Positions 1-8,808 of a stretch of DNA of 32,000 nt are shown here, piece by piece; position 1 is the stretch's first letter, and each line of letters starts with the position of its first letter. The notes beneath the pieces were generated by a model that did no database searches, was not told the origin of the DNA, and was given only the letters and a program-made list of their open reading frames with translations. Source of the stretch: Deinococcus radiodurans R1 = ATCC 13939 = DSM 20539 (GTDB lineage: Bacteria > Deinococcota > Deinococci > Deinococcales > Deinococcaceae); the NCBI RefSeq assembly GCF_000008565.1, contig NC_001264.1, positions 1 through 32,000 on the forward strand, read 5' to 3'. A program made the translations under genes and the position numbers.

Positions 1-84
1 TCTTTGCTCGCCATACCCAAAGTCTACACGCTGATTTTCACGTTTCCAGACCCTGCCCTCTCGCTACTCAGCTCTCCAAGTTTG

Positions 85-150
85 CTCGCTTGATGAATGA
101 TCAAATCTTTTAAAGATAAAAACAAAAAAATGATGATCATCATCATAGGG
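85..150. promoter_or_regulatory. AT-rich block flanking the iteron array, containing the 14-bp perfect palindrome ATGATGATCATCAT (130-143). Candidate DNA-unwinding element.
   Basis: The run gatgaatgatcaaatcttttaaagataaaaacaaaaaaatgatgatcatcatcat is very A+T-rich in an otherwise GC-rich window. The palindrome was read directly. The function is inferred from its position beside the iterons. Confidence 0.3.
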
Positions 151-191
151 CGGCATGTTCTCACGTCTAGGACGGCGTTTTTCGATTTTTC

Positions 192-503
192 TCCACAAAG
201 TGCCACAGGTAAACGGCCCGAATTCCACAAAGTGCCACAGGCAAACGGCCTTTTTCTCCACAAAGTGCCACAGGCAAACGGTCCAAATGCCACAAAGTGC
301 CACAGGTAATTCCACAAAGTGCCACAGGCAGGGGCATTCAAACTCCACAAAGTGCCGCAGGCGAGGGCGCTCAAACTCCACAAAGTGCCACAGGTAATTC
401 CACAAAGTGCCACAGGCAAACGGCCCAAATTCCACAAAGTGCCACAGGTAATTCCACAAAGTGCCACAGGCAGGGTCATTCAAACTCCACAAAGTGCCAC
501 AGG
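192..503. repeat. Iteron-like array: 11 direct copies of the 18-bp unit TCCACAAAGTGCCACAGG (putative origin / centromere-like cis element of a secondary replicon)
   Basis: Copies start at 192, 224, 257, 289, 311, 344, 377, 399, 431, 453 and 486. Nine are perfect; the 289 copy has T1>G and the 344 copy has A14>G. Start-to-start spacing is only 22 or 32-33 bp. The array lies directly upstream of parAB and is flanked by AT-rich DNA at 85-150 and 515-600. Confidence 0.9.
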
Positions 504-652
504 TATTCGTCTAGACAATTACAGGTCTATTAAGAAAATTTTTTGTGCTGAAGAATCATCTGTTTCTACGCAATCTAATTTTTTCGGTACTACCAGTTGT
601 CCAGCACTTCCTGACGTTCAAGGAGGAACAGTCGATTGCAGACCTTTCGGAT

Positions 653-1435
653 ATGGTGAGCGCTGTGAAAACACTCACGGTGTTCAACCATGCCGGAGGC
701 GCAGGCAAGACCAGTTTGACTTTGAATGTTGGCTATGAGCTGGCACGGGGCGGGCTGCGGGTGCTGCTGCTCGACCTCGACCCACAGGCGAATTTGACCG
801 GCTGGCTGGGCATTTCTGGGGTCACGCGGGAGATGACGGTTTACCCAGTGGCCGTGGACGGTCAGCCGCTGCCTTCCCCAGTCAAGGCGTTTGGCCTGGA
901 CGTTATTCCTGCACATGTCAGTCTGGCCGTGGCGGAAGGCCAGATGATGGGCCGAGTCGGTGCTCAGGGGCGTCTGCGCCGCGCTTTAGCAGAGGTATCC
1001 GGCGACTACGACGTAGCCCTCATTGATAGTCCGCCTAGCCTTGGACAGCTCGCCATCTTGGCCGCGCTGGCCGCTGACCAGATGATCGTGCCGGTACCGA
1101 CGCGACAAAAAGGCCTAGATGCTTTGCCTGGGTTACAGGGCGCCCTGACTGAATACCGTGAGGTGCGGCCTGACTTGACGGTGGCCCTGTACGTTCCGAC
1201 CTTTTATGACGCTCGGCGTCGACACGATCAGGAAGTCTTAGCCGATCTGAAAGCGCACCTTTCTCCCCTGGCGCGCCCGGTTCCGCAGCGTGAAGCAGTC
1301 TGGCTCGACTCGACGGCCCAGGGAGCCCCGGTCAGCGAATATGCGCCGGGAACACCCGTTCATGCCGACGTGCAGCGCCTGACCGCTGATATAGCTGCCG
1401 CTATCGGCGTAGCGTATCCGGGGGAAAACGCATGA
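653..1435 (+). CDS. parA: ParA-family partition ATPase (Walker-type, plasmid/secondary-chromosome class)
   Basis: ORF 545..1435. The P-loop is [10 protein letters not shown], and there is a ParA-like [11 protein letters not shown] motif and a DSPPSLG motif. The stop overlaps the parB start (ATGA at 1432-1435). I chose ATG 653 over ATG 545 because the first 36 codons lie in AT-rich, non-coding-looking DNA. The start is uncertain: AGGAGG at 621-626 is 26 nt upstream. Confidence 0.85.
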   Translation: MVSAVKTLTVFNHAGGAGKTSLTLNVGYELARGGLRVLLLDLDPQANLTGWLGISGVTREMTVYPVAVDGQPLPSPVKAFGLDVIPAHVSLAVAEGQMMGRVGAQGRLRRALAEVSGDYDVALIDSPPSLGQLAILAALAADQMIVPVPTRQKGLDALPGLQGALTEYREVRPDLTVALYVPTFYDARRRHDQEVLADLKAHLSPLARPVPQREAVWLDSTAQGAPVSEYAPGTPVHADVQRLTADIAAAIGVAYPGENA

Positions 1436-2313
1436 CCCGGCGTCGTCCAGAGCGTCGGCGCGACCTGCTTGGTCTGTTGGGTGAAACGCCAGTTGATCTC
1501 AGTCAAGCCAACGATATCCGTGCCCTGCCCGTTAATGAACTGAAAGTAGGAAGCACCCAGCCCCGCCGCTCTTTTGATCTGGAGCGGCTAAGTGAGCTGG
1601 CAGAAAGTATCCGGGCGCATGGGGTATTGCAGCCGCTGCTGGTGCGTTCGGTGGATGGGCAGTACGAGATTGTTGCAGGGGAGCGTCGTTGGCGAGCCGC
1701 CCAGCTGGCTGGCTTGGCTGAAGTTCCGGTCGTCGTTCGGCAGCTCAGCAACGAGCAGGCCAGAGCTGCTGCCCTCATTGAAAACTTGCAGCGCGACAAC
1801 CTGAATGTCATTGATGAGGTGGACGGGAAACTTGAGTTGATAGCGTTGACGTTGGGTTTGGAAAGGGAAGAAGCGCGCAAGCGCCTGATGCAACTGCTGC
1901 GAGCCGTCCCAGGCGACGAGCATGAACAACTTGATCAGGTGTTCCGATCAATGGGGGAAACCTGGCGGACCTTTGCCAAAAATAAGCTGCGTATCCTCAA
2001 CTGGCCTCAGCCTGTGCTAGAAGCGTTGCGTGCTGGTTTGCCCTTGACCCTTGGCTCAGTGGTCGCGAGTGCGCCCCCAGAACGTCAAGCCGAACTCCTG
2101 AAGCTTGCCCAGAATGGTGCGTCCCGCTCTCAACTGCTTCAGGCCTTGCAAACGCCGTCTCAGACCAGCGCAGTAACTCCTGAGCACTTCGCCAAAGTCC
2201 TGAGCAGCAAGCGTTTTCTATCGGGTCTGGATACACCAACGCGAGAAGCCCTCGACCGCTGGCTGGCACGAATGCCTGAGCGGGTCCGTCAGGCGATAGA
2301 CGAACAGAGCTGA
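1432..2313 (+). CDS. parB: ParB/Spo0J-family partition protein (N-terminal ParB/Srx domain plus HTH)
   Basis: 293 aa. It carries the conserved ParB box LLVR...[17 protein letters not shown] and [12 protein letters not shown]. It is translationally coupled to parA. Confidence 0.9.
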   Translation: MTRRRPERRRDLLGLLGETPVDLSQANDIRALPVNELKVGSTQPRRSFDLERLSELAESIRAHGVLQPLLVRSVDGQYEIVAGERRWRAAQLAGLAEVPVVVRQLSNEQARAAALIENLQRDNLNVIDEVDGKLELIALTLGLEREEARKRLMQLLRAVPGDEHEQLDQVFRSMGETWRTFAKNKLRILNWPQPVLEALRAGLPLTLGSVVASAPPERQAELLKLAQNGASRSQLLQALQTPSQTSAVTPEHFAKVLSSKRFLSGLDTPTREALDRWLARMPERVRQAIDEQS

Positions 2314-2316
2314 ACA

Positions 2317-2377
2317 GTTCTTACCGGTAAGAACAAAGTCGAGGGTGACGCAAGTTAAATCTGCATCACCCTCGACT
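2317..2377. terminator. Two tandem hairpins between convergent parB and the aldehyde dehydrogenase gene (bidirectional terminator candidate)
   Basis: An 18-bp perfect palindrome GTTCTTACCGGTAAGAAC spans 2317-2334. It is followed by the 12-bp stem AGTCGAGGGTGA (2337-2348) / TCACCCTCGACT (2366-2377) with a 17-nt loop. There is no strong T-run, so this is not a textbook intrinsic terminator. Confidence 0.5.
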
Positions 2378-2417
2378 TTATACGTCTTCTCAACAGCTGG
2401 GAAAATATGCCCCCAGC

Positions 2418-3881
2418 TCAGGAAAGACCAAGCGAGACGAACTTGGTTTCAAGGTATTCCTCCAGGCCCCAATGCCCGCCTTCACGGCCTACGCCACTGT
2501 TTTTCATGCCACCAAAGGGGACGTGTGGGGCTGCCGAACTGGGCAGACCATCGTTGATACCGACAATGCCGTATTCAAGTCCCTCGGCAATGCGGAAGGC
2601 ACGGCCCAGATCGCGGGTATAGGCGTAGGCAGCTAATCCATACTCGCTGTCGTTGGCCAAGCGCAGGCCTTCCTCTTCAGTGTCAAAGATAGTCACCGGA
2701 GCAACTGGCCCGAATGTTTCCTCTCGCAAGATTAGCGAATCTGGTGCCACATCAACCAAGACAGTGGGCTGGAAAAAGAGGCCGCTGCTCACTTGCCCGC
2801 CAGTTGTAGCCTGTGCGCCCTTCGTCAGGGCGTCTTGCACTTGCCGCTGGACTTTATCGAGGCCTGCTTGCTCAACGACCGGACCGACCTGGGTGGCCTC
2901 ATCGAAAGGATCGCCCAGCTGCAAAGCTGCCGTCTTCTCGGTGAGCAACCGGATAAATTCTTCGGCGACCCCGCGCTGGACATAGACCCGGTTGGTGCAG
3001 ACGCAGGTCTGACCCGAGTTGCGGAATTTACTCGCCACGACTTCGCTCGCTGCGCGCTCAAGGTCGGCATCGTCAAAGACAAGGAAGGGCGCATGTCCGC
3101 CGAGTTCCAGGCTGACGCGCTTGATCGTGCCAGCGGCTTGCTGGTAAAGCAGGCGCCCCACCTCAGTGCTGCCGGTGAACGTCAGCTTGCGGACCCGGCT
3201 GTCGTTCATAAAAGGCTGAGTCAATGCAGAAGCGTCGTTAGTGGGTAGGACTTGAAAAGTGTTCGCCGGACCTCCTGCCTTGAGCCACAGCTCAGTGAGA
3301 TAGAGCGCAGTCATGGGCGAGAGTTCGGCAGGTTTGAGGATCATGACGCAGCCGGCAGCCAGCGCAGGCGCGGCTTTGCGGGTGATCATTCCAGCGGGGA
3401 AGTTCCAGGGCGTCACGGCATAAACGATGCCCACTGGCTCGCTGATGGTCAGGCCACGCTTATGCGGAAAGCGCAGGTTGATGCGCTCACCGGCGATGCG
3501 TCCGGCTTCCTCAGCGCACCACTCGATAAAGCTCGCCGCGTAGTGCACTTCACCGCGCGTCTCGCTGATCGGTTTGCCCATTTCAAGGGTCATGAGCTGG
3601 GCGAGTTCTTCTTTGTGTTCGAACATCAGGTCGTGCCAGCGGCGCAGGATTTTGCCGCGTTCGTAGGGGTTGACCTGCCGCCACTCGCGCAGAGCTACCT
3701 CGGCGGCGTCAATGGCCTGGCGTGCATCGGTAGGAGTGCAGTCGGCGACTTCGCCGATCACTTCGCCATTGCCTGGATGACGAACCTCAAAGTTGCGCGG
3801 CGCGTTGCGCCATTCGCCGTCAAAGTAAGCCTGGCTGCGAGTGACGGAGCTATAAGTTGTTCTCAGATCAGTGGTGGTCAT
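2418..3881 (-). CDS. gabD: NAD(P)+-dependent aldehyde dehydrogenase, succinate-semialdehyde dehydrogenase (GabD)-like
   Basis: 487 aa. Aldehyde dehydrogenase signatures are LELGGHAP (catalytic Glu region) and FRNSGQTCVCTNRVYV (catalytic Cys region, close to E. coli GabD as I recall it). The start is ATG with GAGG 5 nt upstream. Confidence 0.85.
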   Translation of the reverse strand: MTTTDLRTTYSSVTRSQAYFDGEWRNAPRNFEVRHPGNGEVIGEVADCTPTDARQAIDAAEVALREWRQVNPYERGKILRRWHDLMFEHKEELAQLMTLEMGKPISETRGEVHYAASFIEWCAEEAGRIAGERINLRFPHKRGLTISEPVGIVYAVTPWNFPAGMITRKAAPALAAGCVMILKPAELSPMTALYLTELWLKAGGPANTFQVLPTNDASALTQPFMNDSRVRKLTFTGSTEVGRLLYQQAAGTIKRVSLELGGHAPFLVFDDADLERAASEVVASKFRNSGQTCVCTNRVYVQRGVAEEFIRLLTEKTAALQLGDPFDEATQVGPVVEQAGLDKVQRQVQDALTKGAQATTGGQVSSGLFFQPTVLVDVAPDSLILREETFGPVAPVTIFDTEEEGLRLANDSEYGLAAYAYTRDLGRAFRIAEGLEYGIVGINDGLPSSAAPHVPFGGMKNSGVGREGGHWGLEEYLETKFVSLGLS

Positions 3882-4023
3882 GCCAACCTCGCTTTCTGCC
3901 CGTCAAAAGAATTAGGCAGGATGGAATAAAACTAGTTTGCGCCTTCTAATATGCGGCCATCGTGAACTGGAATGGCGTCAATCGGGCCAACGCGCCCCAG
4001 CCTTCGCGCCCTATCTTGCCGGT

Positions 4024-4668
4024 ATGAACTCGCTCTCCTCACTGGCTGCCGTCTTGCTGATGGCAGGACGCAGCACCCGGATGGGTCAACCCAAAGCGTT
4101 GCTGCCACTTGGTGGGATGCCGCTGTGCCGACACGCTGCTCAAACGCTGGTTGAGGCTGGCTACGGTGAGGTCTGGGCTGTCCTTCCTCCCGGCGAGACA
4201 GGCGACGCGGTGCGGGCTGCCCTGCAGGGTCTGCCTCTGCGCTGGGTGACCAACCCACAGCCCGCGCAGGGGCTGCTGTCTTCTTTTCAGGCGGCTGGCG
4301 AGGCGTTGTGGGCCGAGTCGGCCGCGCCCGCAGTGGTTTTTACTCTGGCGGACATGCCCCTCGTCCGCCGAGACACCCACCAAGCGCTCGGTACGGTCTT
4401 TGGCGCCGAGCAACCTGCGGCGATCATCACCCGTTACGGCGAGGTCGCGGCGCCACCGACCCTTTTGCGCCGCGACCTGCTGCCCCGGTTGCATGAGTTC
4501 CCGCCCAGCGATCACGGTCCGCGCACGCTGCTGCGGGAACTGGGAAGAGAGCTGAAGAAGATCGACCGCCCGGCCGCTGAGTTGCTCGACATCGATACCC
4601 CAGAGGCCTGGGCGCAGGCGCAGCAGCTCTTTGCTGAGGTGACTCCCGGCGCTCAGGACGGCCCCTAA
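4024..4668 (+). CDS. MobA/MocA-like nucleotidyltransferase (molybdenum-cofactor cytidylyl/guanylyltransferase family)
   Basis: The N-terminal AAVLLMAGRSTRMGQPKALLPL matches the LAGGxSxRMGxxK motif of the MobA-like NTP-transferase family. ORF 3937..4668 begins with TTG. I prefer ATG 4024, which sits just before the motif. Confidence 0.7.
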   Translation: MNSLSSLAAVLLMAGRSTRMGQPKALLPLGGMPLCRHAAQTLVEAGYGEVWAVLPPGETGDAVRAALQGLPLRWVTNPQPAQGLLSSFQAAGEALWAESAAPAVVFTLADMPLVRRDTHQALGTVFGAEQPAAIITRYGEVAAPPTLLRRDLLPRLHEFPPSDHGPRTLLRELGRELKKIDRPAAELLDIDTPEAWAQAQQLFAEVTPGAQDGP

Positions 4669-4702
4669 AAAAACCGGACGCCCACCCAAAGGGGACGTCC
4701 GG
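4667..4702 (-). terminator. Intrinsic terminator downstream of the Zn-ADH gene (minus strand)
   Basis: The stem is CCGGACG (4674-4680) / CGTCCGG (4696-4702). On the minus strand the hairpin is followed by TTTTTTT (complement of the A-run at 4667-4673). Confidence 0.7.
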
Positions 4703-4718
4703 CAAGCACCTGAAGGCT

Positions 4719-5893
<1,175 letters not shown>

Positions 5894-5897
<4 letters not shown>

Positions 5898-6667
5898 ACC
5901 AGGTCTCCGCGTTTGTTGGGGGGGGTGAGGGCGGCGCGGCCACTGCTCTGGCCCTGGGCCGTGGGGGCGTGGCCGAGTTCCTGCTCACGCTTGAAGCGCA
6001 TCAGGTCGTCGCGCAGTTGCTGCGAGGGTTCCTGATTGAACATCCGGGCGATGACGGCGCCGGCGCTGCCGCCGGGGGGACGGTAGGTCAGGCGCACCAC
6101 GACTTCGGTGCCCCGAGCACCGGGAGCAGGACGGAACAGCACTTCGCCGCTGTTTTCGATGCGGGCGCCGGGCAGTGAACGCCATGCGATGCGTTTGCCG
6201 GGTTCGTCGGCGGTCAGTTCGGCTTCCCAGCTCACGGTGCCCAGAGGCGCGGGGGCTTCGACCGTCCAGCGCGAACGCTTGTCGTCGAGCACTTCCACGC
6301 TGCGCAGGTGGGTCATCAGCAGCGGCAGGCCCGGCAGGTCGCGCCAGACCGCGTACAACTGCTCGGCGGGCTTGCCGATGGTCACGGCGTCGCGCACGAC
6401 AGTTTCGCCTTCGTCGTTCTGCTCGATTTTGAGCGCCGTCGCCAACGGGTTTTGCCCTCGCGCCGCCACCGCGATCAGGCCCGCGCCGAGGCCAGTCAGG
6501 ACCACTTTTTCCAGTCCTGAACGGCTGCGCAGCCCCGCAGCGGCCAGCGCGGCGCCCACCGCCCCCGTCAGCGAGCGTTCGAGCGGCTGCATGGTGGCGC
6601 CTGGCGAAGAATTCGGTCCCGTCGCGCCCGCGTGGGGGGCGGGCTGCTCCCTGTTCCAGTTCGTCAT
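5894..6667 (-). CDS. SRPBCC (cyclase/dehydrase, START-like) family protein with an N-terminal hydrophobic segment
   Basis: The C-terminal half ([35 protein letters not shown]...ISWEAELT-like) looks like a polyketide cyclase/dehydrase fold. The stop overlaps the ADH start (ATGA on the minus strand, 5894-5897), indicating an operon. The start is uncertain: TTG 6700, ATG 6667 or ATG 6592. Confidence 0.65.
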
Positions 6668-6838
6668 GGTCCGCAGTTGAGGGGATGACCGCCGGTCCAA
6701 TAGATCACTGTGTCACTGTGTGTGAAGTCTCATAAGGGGACGTGACTGCCCTGACAAATGACGGGGCTGACAAATGTCATCCGGGTCGCCTGACAGCTGG
6801 CACTACGCCCTGCCCTGAGCCCGCGGCACTCTGAGGGC

Positions 6839-7744
6839 ATGATCACCACCTTCGAGCAAGTCAGCAAGACCTACGGGCACGTCACCGCGCTCAGCGACTT
6901 CAACCTCACCCTGCGCACCGGCGAACTGACTGCCCTGCTCGGGCCCAACGGGGCGGGCAAATCCACCGCCATCGGCCTGCTGCTCGGTCTGAGTGCGCCG
7001 AGTGCCGGACAGGTCCGGGTGCTGGGCGCCGATCCCCGGCGAAACGATGTGCGGGCGCGGATCGGGGCCATGCCGCAGGAAAGTGCCCTGCCGGCGGGTC
7101 TGACGGTGCGCGAGGCGGTCACGCTGTTCGCGTCCTTTTACCCGGCGCCGCTGGGCGTAGACGAGGCGCTGGCACTGGCGGACTTGGGCCCGGTGGCCGG
7201 ACGCCGCGCCGCGCAGCTGTCGGGCGGACAAAAGCGCCGCCTCGCCTTTGCCCTCGCGGTGGTGGGCGACCCTGAGCTGCTGCTGATCGACGAGCCGACC
7301 ACTGGGATGGACGCGCAAAGCCGCGCCGCGTTCTGGGAAGCGGTGACCGGGTTGCGGGCGCGGGGCCGCACCATCCTGCTCACCACCCATTACCTCGAAG
7401 AAGCCGAGCGCACCGCCGACCGGGTGGTGGTAATGAATGGAGGCCGGATTCTGGCCGACGACACGCCCCAGGGCCTGCGCTCGGGCGTGGGCGGCGCCCG
7501 GGTGAGCTTCGTCTCCGATCTGGTGCAGGCCGAGCTGGAGCGGCTGCCGGGGGTGAGCGCGGTGCAGGTGGACGCGGCTGGGCGGGCCGACCTGCGAACC
7601 AGCGTCCCCGAAGCTCTGCTCGCGGCCCTGATCGGCTCGGGCACCACGTTCAGCGACCTCGAAGTGAGGCGGGCCACGCTGGAAGAGGCGTATTTGCAAC
7701 TCACCGGGCCGCAGGACATGACAGCTGTCACCCGCAGCGCCTGA
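6839..7744 (+). CDS. ABC transporter ATP-binding protein (ABC-2/DrrA-type)
   Basis: Walker A is GPNGAGKST, the ABC signature is LSGGQKRRL, and Walker B is LLLIDEPTTGMD. Confidence 0.9.
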   Translation: MITTFEQVSKTYGHVTALSDFNLTLRTGELTALLGPNGAGKSTAIGLLLGLSAPSAGQVRVLGADPRRNDVRARIGAMPQESALPAGLTVREAVTLFASFYPAPLGVDEALALADLGPVAGRRAAQLSGGQKRRLAFALAVVGDPELLLIDEPTTGMDAQSRAAFWEAVTGLRARGRTILLTTHYLEEAERTADRVVVMNGGRILADDTPQGLRSGVGGARVSFVSDLVQAELERLPGVSAVQVDAAGRADLRTSVPEALLAALIGSGTTFSDLEVRRATLEEAYLQLTGPQDMTAVTRSA

Positions 7745-7860
7745 CACCCGGCACTGCGCCCTGGCCGGCGCCGACAGGAAGATGTTCTCAGCAACGCCCA
7801 CTCCCGTTTCGTTCTGAAAAACACAGCCTGCGCCCACCGCGCTCCCAAGGAGAACCCACC

Positions 7861-8652
7861 ATGACCACCCTGCCCAATGTTCCTGCCCGCCGCACCTCCG
7901 CCCTCCCAGTTCTGGCACAGTTGACCCTGGGCGAGCTGCGCCGCCTGTTGCGGAGTCCGATGTTTACGGTCGGGGCCATCGGCTTTCCGGTGATGTTCTT
8001 TGCGCTGTTCGGGCTGCCCGCCGTTCAGGAGTACGGGGCGACTGACCCCCACGTCGGGCCGGTCATCCTGACGCAGTTCGCGGCCTATTCGCTGCTGAGT
8101 CTCGCTCTGTTCAGTTTCGGGGCGGCGGTCGCCACTGAGCGCAGCGGGGGCTGGTTGCGGCTGCTGCGCTCCTCGCCTTTGCCGGTGCCGCTGTACTTCG
8201 TGAGCAAGACGCTGGCGGCGCTCGCGTTCGGGGCGGTGAGCTTGGCCCTGCTCTACGCCTTCGCTCATTTCGCTGGCGGGGTCACGCTGCCGCTGGGACT
8301 CGCGCTGCTGCTCGCCGGCAAGCTGCTGCTGGGCATGATTCCGCTGGTCGCGCTGGGGCTGTGCATCGGGTTTCTGGCGAGTCCACAGGCGGCGCAGATT
8401 CTGGCGAATATCCTGAGCGTCGTGATGTCATTCGCTTCGGGGCTCTTTGTGCCGCTTGATCAGCTGCCTGGATTTGTGCAGCAGATCGCCCCCCTGCTGC
8501 CGGCCTACCACGTCAGTCAAATCGCCACGAACACGGTCAGTGGACAGACGGCCAGCGAGCCGGCGCACTGGCTGGCGCTGGCGGCCTTCACCCTGGTCTT
8601 CGGCACCCTGGCGGTCTGGGGGCTCAAGCGTGACGAAAGCCGCGAGGGTTGA
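7861..8652 (+). CDS. ABC-2 type transporter permease
   Basis: 263 aa with about six hydrophobic spans. It is adjacent to the ATPase gene and has AAGGAGA 7 nt upstream of the ATG. Confidence 0.8.
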   Translation: MTTLPNVPARRTSALPVLAQLTLGELRRLLRSPMFTVGAIGFPVMFFALFGLPAVQEYGATDPHVGPVILTQFAAYSLLSLALFSFGAAVATERSGGWLRLLRSSPLPVPLYFVSKTLAALAFGAVSLALLYAFAHFAGGVTLPLGLALLLAGKLLLGMIPLVALGLCIGFLASPQAAQILANILSVVMSFASGLFVPLDQLPGFVQQIAPLLPAYHVSQIATNTVSGQTASEPAHWLALAAFTLVFGTLAVWGLKRDESREG

Positions 8653-8808
8653 GGAGTGCCGCGCCTCCCCGCCTCATCCCCGCTGAAGAACTGGCGCCTG
8701 CCTCAGCGCAGGCCGCAGTTCTGGGACCTGTTCCCGCTGCTGTGGTTGGTCTGGTTGGTCTAGCCCATTCAGGCCTTTACCGGGCAGCCGCGCCCTTGGT
8801 CCGAGCAG

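Noticed and set aside
35-47. parS-like half-site TTTTCACGTTTCC near the window start
   Set aside because: Only TTTCACGT matches canonical parS (TGTTTCACGTGAAACA), and the second half is not the inverted complement. It is most likely chance.
192-503. Possibility that the 18-bp direct repeats form a CRISPR array
   Set aside because: The spacers are only 4-15 bp and themselves fall into recurring classes. The repeat is not palindromic, and there are no cas genes. The iteron interpretation fits better.
545-652. ATG 545 as the parA start (track ORF 545..1435)
   Set aside because: The first 36 codons lie in AT-rich, low-complexity DNA with atypical codon usage, and ParA homology begins just after ATG 653. 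I kept this as an uncertainty rather than a call.
24-738. Track ORFs running through the iteron array (24..479 -, 64..492 -, 155..397 +, 297..533 +, 319..738 +)
   Set aside because: Their protein sequences are simply the 18-bp repeat translated over and over (for example HKVPQ / CGTLW periodicity). They are open only because the repeat lacks stops, so they are not genes.
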